DNA of 46,325 nucleotides. Origin: a virus. The notes below the pieces were generated by a model, which saw only the letters and a program-made list of their open reading frames with translations, ran no database searches and had not been told where the DNA came from. Positions 17,671-26,986 of the stretch are shown here, one piece after another. The translations under genes were made by a program, and so were the position numbers. The stretch lies in IMG/VR virus record IMGVR_UViG_3300045988_046749; one strand, 5' to 3'. Position 1 is the first letter of the stretch. Each line of letters starts with the position of its first letter.

Positions 17671-17928
17671 ATGAGTAAAATTTTTATTCCACACGAGCTT
17701 AAAACCATCGAAGTTGACACAGAAAAGAAAATCTTCCGCATCAATGGAGAAGATTTTGGATATGGATGCACAGGTTTTATGATTTCCTGCACACCGGAGG
17801 ATTTCCGAATTGATATGGAAGTGGACACGACCGTACACTTTGTAAGCTATTCCAATAAAGGAGAATTGAGAGAGCAGGGAACATATAAAGCAGAAGTTCC
17901 TTTGGTTGAGTCACACAGAGCACCGTAA
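17671..17928 (+). CDS. Hypothetical protein
   Basis: 85 aa, AAAGGAG SD. Confidence 0.6.
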   Translation: MSKIFIPHELKTIEVDTEKKIFRINGEDFGYGCTGFMISCTPEDFRIDMEVDTTVHFVSYSNKGELREQGTYKAEVPLVESHRAP

Positions 17929-18009
17929 GATTCCAGAAGATGACCGGAAGTAAAAAGAAACAAACAGCATATCTTAACATAGTGAATGCATAAAAAAGGA
18001 GGTTTACTG

Positions 18010-18165
18010 ATGGCAGTAATCAAAACAATCAAAATGGGATCTGGGGTAATCAGAATACATGATGATTACTGCAAAGATAATACACCGGAGGACAATCAAA
18101 GGATTGTTGATGAATGCTCAAGAATTATCTTGGACTACTACAGAAGAAAAGAAGCAAAGGCATAA
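18010..18165 (+). CDS. Hypothetical protein
   Basis: 51 aa MAVIKTIKMGSGVIRIHDDYCKDNTPEDNQRIVDECSRIILDYYRRKEAKA, GGAGG SD; not in ORF track. Confidence 0.55.
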   Translation: MAVIKTIKMGSGVIRIHDDYCKDNTPEDNQRIVDECSRIILDYYRRKEAKA

Positions 18166-18290
18166 GCGCCCCGGAGGGAGTCACGACCTCCACCCCGGAG
18201 CAGTAAGCCACTAAACCTAACTTAGTGGATACAGGTAAATTATAATCCTCTATCCGCTAAAAAGTCAATATTAAGCGAGAGGAAAATAAC

Positions 18291-18476
18291 ATGGAAAATA
18301 AAAAAAATGTAACAAACAATGAAAAGATTACATGGAACGATTTGGAAACAATGCTGGCTACCGAAATCGTAAGAAAAGCAAAAAGAGAGACTAAGAAGTG
18401 GTTCAGTGCATGGCTTTTGACTGCCGCGCTGTTAATCCTTACTAATATCTTTTGGTATATTGCTTACAGTCTGTAA
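18291..18476 (+). CDS. Small membrane protein
   Basis: C-term KKWFSAWLLTAALLILTNIFWYIAYSL. Confidence 0.6.
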   Translation: MENKKNVTNNEKITWNDLETMLATEIVRKAKRETKKWFSAWLLTAALLILTNIFWYIAYSL

Positions 18477-18503
18477 TCTTTTTTCTTTTTGGAGGGAAAA
18501 AGA

Positions 18504-18659
18504 ATGAAATCACCCAGACAGAACAGAAAGGATATCGTAGTCAGTGCGATTATCGGGATCCTGCTTACTTTTCTTCCGTTGTGGATGTGGGAGAAGAGCT
18601 TGCAGCAGATCCTGGCAGGCATTGTATTTGCACTGTTTACGTATTTAGCACTGCTTTAA
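18504..18659 (+). CDS. Small membrane protein
   Basis: 51 aa MKSPRQNRKDIVVSAIIGILLTFLPLWMWEKSLQQILAGIVFALFTYLALL, GGAGGG SD; not in ORF track. Confidence 0.6.
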   Translation: MKSPRQNRKDIVVSAIIGILLTFLPLWMWEKSLQQILAGIVFALFTYLALL

Positions 18660-18674
18660 GAAAGGAGAATGGAA

Positions 18675-19046
18675 ATGTTTGAAAAAGAAATCAAAGAGCT
18701 TTTTGAATTAGCGTGGAGGGTTTCAAACGAAACAGATTATTTTGTTTCGTTCGATATTGCTTCGCATGTGCATGCTTGCGATATCAACATTATGAATTCA
18801 AAGTGGGATTCGTGTAAGAAAATGGATGGCAATTATATAATCTATTTTGATAGTAAATTGCTTAAAGAGGAATCGGCTGAGCAGTGTAAGCTTGCAAAAG
18901 CACATCTTCTTAGGCTCTTAATAGATGGGAGGTGTCCGTTAAATGCTGAATCAGATGGAGTTGAAGCTCCTGCCGACAATGGAACTGATCACAACGGTGA
19001 ACGAGCTTCTGGGGGAGCTGAACAGACGGAAAGCATACATTCTTGA
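18675..19046 (+). CDS. Hypothetical protein
   Basis: ORF with AAAGGAG SD. Confidence 0.55.
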   Translation: MFEKEIKELFELAWRVSNETDYFVSFDIASHVHACDINIMNSKWDSCKKMDGNYIIYFDSKLLKEESAEQCKLAKAHLLRLLIDGRCPLNAESDGVEAPADNGTDHNGERASGGAEQTESIHS

Positions 19047-19181
19047 TTGGGAAAATCCGGATATGTATCTGAACCATCTTGAGTACCATTGCGCCGGCGG
19101 AACATTTTCGAATGGCAAAAAAAATCTGGTGAGAGGGGATGGTTCTGACAATGTGTATTGCTTTTTTAAGGCGGTGTAAAC

Positions 19182-19355
19182 ATGGAAGAACGCATTAATG
19201 AAATTGTTAGATTGATTGATACTCAGCTTGCTATTGTGCCGGATAATCCGATAGAGGAATCATACAAGTCAAGGATATTGGCGAGCTACGTACAAGCCTT
19301 AAATGGGCTTTTAACGGCTCAGAAATCATATAAGGAGGAAAGTATCAGTGAGTGA
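19182..19355 (+). CDS. Hypothetical protein
   Basis: 57 aa MEERINEIVRLIDTQLAIVPDNPIEESYKSRILASYVQALNGLLTAQKSYKEESISE; not in ORF track. Confidence 0.5.
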   Translation: MEERINEIVRLIDTQLAIVPDNPIEESYKSRILASYVQALNGLLTAQKSYKEESISE

Positions 19356-19548
19356 ATTTGAAATCCGTATTCCGGCAAGGAAGAAGCAGCCTGCAACCGA
19401 TAAGGATAACCCTGTCGTGAAAGTATCGCCGGAAGCATACAACGCACTGGTTGAGATTTATAACGAATCAACCATATCAATGAAGGATATCGCAAGTTTG
19501 CTGATTGTTGAAGGAAGTAAGCATGTGGTTTATGACAAGGAGGAATAA
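19348..19548 (+). CDS. Small hypothetical, possible DNA-binding (CopG/HTH-like)
   Basis: VKVSPEAYNALVEIYNESTISMKDIASLLIVEG. Confidence 0.5.
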   Translation: MSEFEIRIPARKKQPATDKDNPVVKVSPEAYNALVEIYNESTISMKDIASLLIVEGSKHVVYDKEE

Positions 19549-19550
19549 CT

Positions 19551-20201
19551 ATGGCGACACCCGTATTAATTATTGGAAAATCTGGTTCTGGCAAAAGTAC
19601 CAGTCTTAGAAACTGCCAGAATGAGCACTGGAATCTTATTAGAGTATTGAATAAACCGCTTCCATTTAAAGGAAAGATTGATGGATGGTTTACAGATGAT
19701 TACCAGCAGGTAATGAAGTGCCTGATCGCATCAAAAGCGGAGTCAATTGTAATTGATGATGCAGGTTATCTTATCACAAACCACTTTATGCGTGGACACG
19801 CTTCTGCCGGAAAAGGCAATGCGGTATTCGCTCTGTACAATGATATTGGAGACTATTTTTGGAATCTTATCCAGTTTATTGTCACGAAAGTGTCTCAGGA
19901 CAAGATTGTGTACATGATGATGCACGAAGAAAAGGACGATTCCGGAGATGTGAAGCCAAAAACCATTGGAAAGCTACTTGACGAAAAGATTTGTTTAGAA
20001 GGTCTTTTTACGATTGTTCTCCGCTGCATTGAAGAGAGTGGAAAACACTTATTTGTCACCCAGTCCAGCCAGGGAGCAGTAAGTAAGTCCCCGATTGGAA
20101 TGTTTGACAGTTTGACTATTGATAACGACCTTGCAGAAGTTGACAAGGTTATAAGAAATTATTATGAATTAGGAGGAACAGACAATGCAGAAACCAAATA
20201 A
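19551..20201 (+). CDS. Sak4-like P-loop ATPase (putative single-strand annealing/recombination protein)
   Basis: Walker A GKSGSGKST, Walker B-like SIVIDDAGYLI, adjacent DUF669-like gene. Confidence 0.78.
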   Translation: MATPVLIIGKSGSGKSTSLRNCQNEHWNLIRVLNKPLPFKGKIDGWFTDDYQQVMKCLIASKAESIVIDDAGYLITNHFMRGHASAGKGNAVFALYNDIGDYFWNLIQFIVTKVSQDKIVYMMMHEEKDDSGDVKPKTIGKLLDEKICLEGLFTIVLRCIEESGKHLFVTQSSQGAVSKSPIGMFDSLTIDNDLAEVDKVIRNYYELGGTDNAETK

Positions 20202-20796
20202 TTACGATACTACAAAGACAGCAGGAGAATTTGAACCGATTGTGCTCGGCGGTCACAAGATGGTTATCAAGCAGGTATCAGAAAAGAAATCACAGGGTGG
20301 GCTTAATATGCTTGTTATCTTGTTTGATTTCGCAGAAGGAGACGAACAGGCATGGTACTTTATGAAGCAGTTTGAGAACGATATCCGTCCAGACAAGAAG
20401 TATCCGAATGCCGGTACTAACTATATGGTTATTGACGAGAGTGTAGATTATGGTGTCCGTAACCTTAAAACATTTATCACATGCGTAGAAAAGTCAAATC
20501 CGGGTTTTGCTGTTAAGTGGGGTGACAACTTCGGACAGCAGTTTAAAGGTAAGCTAATCGGCGGTATCTTCCGTCTGGAGAAAGACTGGTACGAAAACAA
20601 AGAAGTAAAACGTCACAAGCTTGCATGGTTCCGTAGTATTGAGGGAATTAAGGATGCAGATATCCCAGAAGAGCGCACCACAAAAGCCTATGATGATCAT
20701 CTGAAAGAAGAAGCTATCATGGGAGCGAATCCGGCAGGTACGGACTTTATGAGTATTCCAGATAGCGTAGCAGATGATGTCCTTCCGTTCAATTAA
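20185..20796 (+). CDS. DUF669-like protein (putative ssDNA-binding)
   Basis: NYDTTKTAGEFEPIVLGGHKMVIKQVSEKKSQGGLNMLVILFDFAEGD... Confidence 0.75.
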   Translation: MQKPNNYDTTKTAGEFEPIVLGGHKMVIKQVSEKKSQGGLNMLVILFDFAEGDEQAWYFMKQFENDIRPDKKYPNAGTNYMVIDESVDYGVRNLKTFITCVEKSNPGFAVKWGDNFGQQFKGKLIGGIFRLEKDWYENKEVKRHKLAWFRSIEGIKDADIPEERTTKAYDDHLKEEAIMGANPAGTDFMSIPDSVADDVLPFN

Positions 20797-20811
20797 TATA
20801 GAGGTGAGTTA

Positions 20812-21432
20812 ATGGGATATACACATGGAATACCATGGAACGACGATCTTATCAAAGAAAATATCATGATAGTTGTTGAGAAATTGAATTTAGATCATTT
20901 TCCAACTCATTCCGAAATGATAGAAGTTTTTGGAAACAAAAGCCTTGCTTGCAAGATTGCAAAGCATAAAGGGACTGTATATTGGGCTGAAAAACTTGGA
21001 CTGCCTCTTAAATATTCTGATACAACTTTTGGAAACAAATATGAAATAAAAGCAATTTCAGATATTTACGAGAATGTCGGATTGAATAGTGTTCAAACAA
21101 GCTCAAGGCATCCTTATGATTTGCTTACTGATAACAGTGTAAAAATAGACGTAAAAGTATCTAAGGAATTTACAAACAATTGTAATTCAAAGGCATTTAC
21201 ATTCAACCTCGAAAAGAAAAATCCGACTTGCGACATCTTCCTTTTATATTGTTTGAATGATGATGAAACATATCGGAAGGTATTAATAATTCCTTCCTGT
21301 TCAACCATCGGAAAAACGCAAATAGGAGTAGGAGAGAATAGTAAGTGGAATCGTTACGAAAATCGTTGGGAGATTATAAAACAGTATAGTGAATTCTTTG
21401 GAAAATACAAATACAAGAAGGATGTGATCTGA
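20812..21432 (+). CDS. Putative PD-(D/E)XK-like nuclease with N-terminal DNA-binding segment
   Basis: HPYDLLTDNSVKIDVKVSKEF...AFTFNL...CDIFLLYCLND and WAEKLGLPLK N-terminal motif. Confidence 0.45.
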   Translation: MGYTHGIPWNDDLIKENIMIVVEKLNLDHFPTHSEMIEVFGNKSLACKIAKHKGTVYWAEKLGLPLKYSDTTFGNKYEIKAISDIYENVGLNSVQTSSRHPYDLLTDNSVKIDVKVSKEFTNNCNSKAFTFNLEKKNPTCDIFLLYCLNDDETYRKVLIIPSCSTIGKTQIGVGENSKWNRYENRWEIIKQYSEFFGKYKYKKDVI

Positions 21433-21930
21433 TTGGTCATACAATGTGATACACGTGAACATAAAAACGAATGGGAACGGATTCAAAAGCAGTTTGAAAA
21501 CCTCGGAGTACAATATTTCCGGTCAAAGTTATACTGTGGAGATTATCAGTCTTTAGACAATGCAAAGCTCTGTATTGACCGTAAAAAGGATTTACAAGAG
21601 CTTTGTGGAAATGTCTGCCAACAGCATGAAAGATTCAAAGCAGAGCTTATCAGAGCGCGTGAAGCAGGTATTCAGTTGATTATCCTGTGTGAACATGGTG
21701 AAGATATCAAATCAATTGTTGATGTGTATTTTTGGGAGAATCCAAGAAAACACAAAGCTATCTGGAAGACAGTAAACGGCAAAAAGGTTAAGACTGTAAT
21801 ATCGGACAAGGCTGTTGATGGTTGCCAGTTGTACAAATCTCTTTGCACGATCAGAGATAAATACGGCGTCCGATTTGAATTCTGTACAAAAGAAGAGACT
21901 GGACGGCGAATAGTGGAGTTGTTGTCATGA
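21433..21930 (+). CDS. ERCC4-domain nuclease
   Basis: VIQCDTREHKNEW...VQYFRSKLYCGDYQSL...LCIDRKKDLQELCGN. Confidence 0.75.
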   Translation: MVIQCDTREHKNEWERIQKQFENLGVQYFRSKLYCGDYQSLDNAKLCIDRKKDLQELCGNVCQQHERFKAELIRAREAGIQLIILCEHGEDIKSIVDVYFWENPRKHKAIWKTVNGKKVKTVISDKAVDGCQLYKSLCTIRDKYGVRFEFCTKEETGRRIVELLS

Positions 21931-22424
21931 CAAAAGATGAAATCAAGCAATCAGTGAAAATGCCTGAGATTCTTTCTAGATATGGGCTTAAGCCAAATAG
22001 AGCCGGTTTTATATGTTGCCCTTTTCACAAGGAAAAGTCAGCGTCATGTAAGATCTACGATAATTCCTTTTATTGTTTCGGCTGCGGAATCGGCGGTGAT
22101 GTGTTTGATTTCGTGATGCAATACGAATCCGTCCCTTTTAGCACTGCATTTATTGAGCTGGGCGGTACTTATGTATCAAAAAAAGGTAAAAGCCGCAACC
22201 AGATTAGACACGAAGTGCGAGATATCAAATCAAAAAAATATAATCCCGCTCAGGATCCTAATGAACTTGAACAGGTAGAAAAGAACATACTTATGTACGA
22301 AACAGCGCTAAAAACCTTCCCTCCTGGTTCAGAAGAGTGGTATATGTGCCAGTTCAACCTTGAAAAAGAAAGAAGCAGATATGAAATATTGTCAGCTAAG
22401 GCAGGAGGTGAGAAGCATTCTTGA
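21927..22424 (+). CDS. CHC2 zinc-finger DNA primase-type protein
   Basis: ILSRYGLKPNRAGFICCPFHKEKSASCKIYDNSFYCFGCGIGGDVFDFVM. Confidence 0.88.
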   Translation: MTKDEIKQSVKMPEILSRYGLKPNRAGFICCPFHKEKSASCKIYDNSFYCFGCGIGGDVFDFVMQYESVPFSTAFIELGGTYVSKKGKSRNQIRHEVRDIKSKKYNPAQDPNELEQVEKNILMYETALKTFPPGSEEWYMCQFNLEKERSRYEILSAKAGGEKHS

Positions 22425-24339
22425 AAATATTGAAAATTTGCAAGCGAATGATTTTATGCAGAAGCAACTGTATGAAGAACTTTTTTCAATAAAAAGTAAA
22501 ATCGACCGTTCGGAAGCTAAATTTAAGTTAATTGACAGGGCGAAGAGTGTAAGGGCAAAAAGCATAGCCGAGGAATTCATAAAAGAATTCCAGAAAGCAG
22601 AACAGGACAAGGAAAAAGAAGAAAAAGCAAATCGTTCTATGCAGTTAGTTGAAAATATCACAAACTTTTATGGGGATGATATTGGAAAAGAATATCCAAA
22701 CATGGCTTGTGGCAGCTGGATAGCTACAGAAAACGGAATATTTTCTTCTGAAACATCCAAGGCGAGAGAACTTGTATGCCACCATCCAATCATGCCGATA
22801 CGTCGACTGAAAAATATTGAAACAGGCGAAGAACAGATCACAGTGGCTTTTAAAAGAGATGGATGCTGGACAGAAATAACTGTTCCAAAAATCGACATTG
22901 TGACTTCCAGGGCGATAACTAATCTTGCAAGGTTCGGTGTGCAGGTCAACTCGGAGAATGCAAGGCTTCTTGTGAAGTATCTGGCGGACGTTGAAATGTA
23001 CAATGCCGATATGATCGACATACAGCACTCTACGAGCAAGTTGGGGTGGCATGGCAATGTATTTGTACCTTACGACCTTTCAATCGTCTTTGACGGCGAA
23101 TACCGCTTTAAAACACTATTCCAGAGTATACAGGAAAGTGGAGACTACTTCAAGTGGGTGACTCTGGCTAAACAGTTACGGTCGTGCGGACGATTAGAAC
23201 CACGAATAGCACTGGCGGCATCTTTTGCAAGTGTGCTTGTACAACCGCTTGATGCATTGCCGTTCATCGTAGACTTCTATGGACAGACAGGCGGCGGCAA
23301 GACAGTAACGATCAACATAGCTGCATCTATCTGGGGAAACCCGTCGCCAGGATCCTACGTTGGGAATTTCCGGTCAACAGATACGTCATTGGAGACAAGA
23401 GCAGACATGCTTAATAACTTTCCGATGATCCTCGATGACTCTAAGAACGCTTCTCAATATATTCGGGACAACTACGAAACATTGATTTACAATCTCTGTT
23501 CCGGTAAAGGGAAAGGAAGATCAAATAAGGACCTCGGAGCAGCTAAGGAGAATACATGGAGTAATGTAACCATTTGCAACGGCGAGAATCCTATTTCAGA
23601 ATTTGCAGATTCCGGTGGAGCAATCAACAGAATTGTTGAAATTGAGTGTTGCGAGGATATTTACGAGAATCCGGCAGAGATTAACAGCACTGTAATGAAA
23701 AATTATGGTTTTGCTGGAAGAGTATTTGTTGGAAATCTTAAAAAATTTACACCGGATGAGTTAAAAGAAATGAAGTCTGAGATTGAAAAGGGCTTTGATG
23801 GATATAATTTTCCGGCAAAACAGGTCATGGCTATATCCACGCTCCTACTGGCTGACAAATTAGCTACAGATTTCATATTTAAGGATGGACGTGAGCTGAC
23901 AGTCGAGGATGTTGTGGACATACCTACACGCAAGAAAGACGTATCGGAAGGACAGAGATGCTATGAATTTATCATCGAAAGTCTTTCTGTGTACGGGCAG
24001 CACTTTGATGCGCAATTCAGTTGCGATCAGTGGGGATTTAAGGAAACACTAGATGAGTATGGAGATGTATATGTATATTTTTATCCGAAACCTCTTGAAA
24101 ATCTCCTAAAGAACAACGGATTCTCCAGAAAAGCCTTTTCAGCATGGGCGATTAATCGAGAATTAATTAAGCATACGGGAAAAAGGGATACGGTAATAAA
24201 AAGAGATGGGGGAAGTGTAATGAGACTTGTTGCTGTAAAGATTATTGATATAAAAGATCTTGAAGACGAACAGGAAAATGAGCATGTTGAAGCTGATTTT
24301 ATACCTGCCAATACTGGAACAAGTGTTCCGTTTTCATGA
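22360..24339 (+). CDS. DUF927-type phage replicative helicase/ATPase (start uncertain)
   Basis: GWHGNVFVPYDLSIVF..., Walker A GQTGGGKTVTI, MILDDSKNA. Confidence 0.82.
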   Translation: MKKKEADMKYCQLRQEVRSILENIENLQANDFMQKQLYEELFSIKSKIDRSEAKFKLIDRAKSVRAKSIAEEFIKEFQKAEQDKEKEEKANRSMQLVENITNFYGDDIGKEYPNMACGSWIATENGIFSSETSKARELVCHHPIMPIRRLKNIETGEEQITVAFKRDGCWTEITVPKIDIVTSRAITNLARFGVQVNSENARLLVKYLADVEMYNADMIDIQHSTSKLGWHGNVFVPYDLSIVFDGEYRFKTLFQSIQESGDYFKWVTLAKQLRSCGRLEPRIALAASFASVLVQPLDALPFIVDFYGQTGGGKTVTINIAASIWGNPSPGSYVGNFRSTDTSLETRADMLNNFPMILDDSKNASQYIRDNYETLIYNLCSGKGKGRSNKDLGAAKENTWSNVTICNGENPISEFADSGGAINRIVEIECCEDIYENPAEINSTVMKNYGFAGRVFVGNLKKFTPDELKEMKSEIEKGFDGYNFPAKQVMAISTLLLADKLATDFIFKDGRELTVEDVVDIPTRKKDVSEGQRCYEFIIESLSVYGQHFDAQFSCDQWGFKETLDEYGDVYVYFYPKPLENLLKNNGFSRKAFSAWAINRELIKHTGKRDTVIKRDGGSVMRLVAVKIIDIKDLEDEQENEHVEADFIPANTGTSVPFS

Positions 24340-24342
24340 TTT

Positions 24343-24640
24343 GTAACCATGTAACCATGTAACCCGCGGAAAAGCATGTGTATAGGGAATAAAAAAATAT
24401 ATAAAAAAAGCATATATACATTGCAATCTCCTATAGGAAAACCTTGGTTACATTGGTTACACGGTTACACAACTCTGAAACCCGCATAAAATAAGGGTTT
24501 GCGGTGTAACCAAGGTGGTTGAAAAGTTGGTTACACATTGGTTACAAAAATAAAATGATTACACAAATTAAAAAATAAAATTAAATTGCATGAAAATTCA
24601 GATTGTTACAATTGGTTACTAAGGCATAAGGAGTGGTTAC
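24343..24640. repeat. GGTTAC/GTAACC iteron cluster, candidate origin of replication
   Basis: Exact copies at 24343, 24351, 24359 (GTAACC), 24446, 24455, 24463 (GGTTAC), 24506 (GTAACC), 24529, 24540, 24614, 24635 (GGTTAC). Confidence 0.6.
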
Positions 24641-24644
24641 AAAA

Positions 24645-26045
24645 ATGGAAAAAGAGAAGCTTAATAAAAAACAGCGGTACGCATTGGACACAATGTTGTC
24701 TGGCAGTAATGTTTTCCTTACAGGAGATGCAGGAACAGGTAAAACAACGGTTATCCAAACGTTTATTGATGAGGCGGAAAAAGCTGGTAAAAGTGTTCTG
24801 GTATCTGCTACTACCGGAATAGCTGCGGACAATATCGGATATGGAGCGACTACCGTACACAGAGCATTAAATATCTCAATCAAATTTGAGGATTACAAGA
24901 AAAAAGTGAAATCCAGAGTTGAACTGTTGAAGGAAGCGGATATTCTTATTATTGACGAGATCAGCATGTGCCGGTTCGATCTGTTCAATATGATTGCGAA
25001 GACGATCATCACGGAAAATGAAGAAAGAGCTGTTGGAAGGCTTTTGAGCGGAGAGGATAAAGAAGACGTTCAACTGATCGTAATCGGGGATTTCTACCAG
25101 CTTCCACCAGTTATTACGACAGATGATCGTAAAATCCTCTGCCGGATGTATGGATCTGATTACGGAAAGGGTGGAAAGTACGAACACGGATATGCTTTCA
25201 TGTCTGAATACTGGAAAGAAATGGGGTTTGAATATATCAAGCTTGATGAAGTATGCAGGCAGAATGATGAGGGGTTTAAGTATGTGCTGAATGATATTAA
25301 ATATGGCAACAATATTAGAAAATCCATTGCATATCTGGAAAATAACGAATCGGACAAGGTTATACCGGAAGCACCGTTCTTGGTTGGCACTAATGCAGAA
25401 GCTGATCGGATTAATAATACTTTTCTCGGAAAACTGGATGAAAAGACCGAAAAAGTGTTTCATGCAGCAGTTGACGGAGAATTAACGTCTGCTGATATTA
25501 AGAATATTGCATTTGCCAGAGAGAACTTAATTCTTAACATCGGTGCAAAAGTGATGATTACAGTCAATGATCTGTCTGGAAACTACGTCAATGGAACGAT
25601 TGGCATTATTCAGAAAATTGTGGACAACGGAGAATTTGAAGAATCCTATCTGGTTATCAAGACTGATAAGGGCAAAACAGTTAACTTGTACAGATACAGT
25701 AAAGACATTGAGAAACAGGTTATTGAGGAATCTGAACAAGAAAAGGATGGTCAGAAGATCGTGAAAGAGAAGATTGTCCGTAAGAAAGTTGGATCATTCT
25801 CTCAGTTCCCGGTAAAACTTGCCTGGGCAATCAGTATTCATAAATCACAGGGACAGACATTTGAAAAGATTAATATTGATCCTTGTTGTTGGGATCCTGG
25901 ACAGTTCTATGTAGCTGTTTCCCGGGCGAAATCCGCTAATGGCATACATTTTATCAGACCGATAAAACAGAGCTATATAAAGGCGTTTAGCAAGGATAAC
26001 GAGAGACTTCTTGAACAGAGTTTTGAGGTAGAAGAAGGTGTATAA
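24645..26045 (+). CDS. PIF1/RecD-like AAA helicase
   Basis: NVFLTGDAGTGKTTVIQTFI, ILIIDEISM, VIVIGDFYQLPPV, VKLAWAISIHKSQGQTFEKINID, FYVAVSRAKS. Confidence 0.93.
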   Translation: MEKEKLNKKQRYALDTMLSGSNVFLTGDAGTGKTTVIQTFIDEAEKAGKSVLVSATTGIAADNIGYGATTVHRALNISIKFEDYKKKVKSRVELLKEADILIIDEISMCRFDLFNMIAKTIITENEERAVGRLLSGEDKEDVQLIVIGDFYQLPPVITTDDRKILCRMYGSDYGKGGKYEHGYAFMSEYWKEMGFEYIKLDEVCRQNDEGFKYVLNDIKYGNNIRKSIAYLENNESDKVIPEAPFLVGTNAEADRINNTFLGKLDEKTEKVFHAAVDGELTSADIKNIAFARENLILNIGAKVMITVNDLSGNYVNGTIGIIQKIVDNGEFEESYLVIKTDKGKTVNLYRYSKDIEKQVIEESEQEKDGQKIVKEKIVRKKVGSFSQFPVKLAWAISIHKSQGQTFEKINIDPCCWDPGQFYVAVSRAKSANGIHFIRPIKQSYIKAFSKDNERLLEQSFEVEEGV

Positions 26046-26047
26046 GT

Positions 26048-26317
26048 ATGAGAGTGACGCATGAGCAGATACCGAACACCATAAAGTTTTTACAAATCGA
26101 CTTTCCGGCGCTGGTCCTTCAGACTGCCGGAATAGAAGAAAGGGACGAATACTGGCAGCAGGTAGTTGAGCAGATACACGTTGTATCAAACAAATATAAT
26201 AAAAACGGCTTTGTGGATCACATGCTTACAGCCTATGCGGATTATCTAGACAAGATGCATAAGAAAGCTAAAAATCTGAGCAAGGAGAAAACCAATGAAC
26301 AAAATGAAGGAGTATGA
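26048..26317 (+). CDS. Hypothetical protein
   Basis: 89 aa ORF in early gene array. Confidence 0.6.
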   Translation: MRVTHEQIPNTIKFLQIDFPALVLQTAGIEERDEYWQQVVEQIHVVSNKYNKNGFVDHMLTAYADYLDKMHKKAKNLSKEKTNEQNEGV

Positions 26318-26678
26318 GCGAGGAAGAGAGGATGGTCTTGATTTGGCGCTCAGAATCGTTAGAGATGGCGGTATAGAAGCGCTTGAGAGGGAAATAAAAT
26401 TCCGGGGCATTACAGGAGTGCATACCTCTTTAGCTAGTAAGGACCTGGATAAAGCAGCGCAGAAGATTAAAGAAATGACACTTGATACATTTACAATCCT
26501 TGGAATTGCCGTTTTGCATGATGATTTCGGATTTGGACAGAAACGCTGTCAGAAATTCATGGACGGCATGGACAGGGGAGCTGATTATCTGATGGATGAT
26601 ATGGCAACCTGGGAAGATTATAGAAGATCAATCAAAGAGGAACTGAATCTTGATTTGAGATTCCGTATTAACGATTAA
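26295..26678 (+). CDS. Hypothetical protein
   Basis: 127 aa ORF. Confidence 0.6.
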   Translation: MNKMKEYERGREDGLDLALRIVRDGGIEALEREIKFRGITGVHTSLASKDLDKAAQKIKEMTLDTFTILGIAVLHDDFGFGQKRCQKFMDGMDRGADYLMDDMATWEDYRRSIKEELNLDLRFRIND

Positions 26679-26683
26679 GTGAG

Positions 26684-26953
26684 GTGTTATTGATGGGAAA
26701 ATACAATACAGAGTGCAAACACAAAGAGGGACAGGAGATGTATAAAGCGGTATATCACTTTATCCTGAAATATTACCGTAAGCACCACTATATGCCGTCC
26801 ACAAGAAATATTGCGGATGGATTAGACATTTCAATGGCTACTGCCAGAAAACACTTTAATTTGCTCTTAGACAACGGATTGCTTGTTAGTGAGGATCCGA
26901 CAGAGCAGAGGGCGTATAGATTGAGTTATTCAAAGGTGGAAAATGGTGCGTAA
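26684..26953 (+). CDS. Winged-helix DNA-binding protein (LexA N-domain-like)
   Basis: YHFILKYYRKHHYMPSTRNIADGLDISMATARKHFNLLLDNGLL. Confidence 0.7.
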   Translation: MLLMGKYNTECKHKEGQEMYKAVYHFILKYYRKHHYMPSTRNIADGLDISMATARKHFNLLLDNGLLVSEDPTEQRAYRLSYSKVENGA

Positions 26954-26986
26954 AGGAATTGGTTAGAAGATTTGGAGCGTGATGTT

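Noticed and set aside
17520-17828. 102-aa minus ORF with a TM-like segment FWITTVLSIIALITGLFSI
   Set aside because: No plausible SD/start, and its N-terminal half is antisense to a credible plus gene (17671..17928). The TM-like string is noted but may be chance in an AT-rich intergenic stretch.
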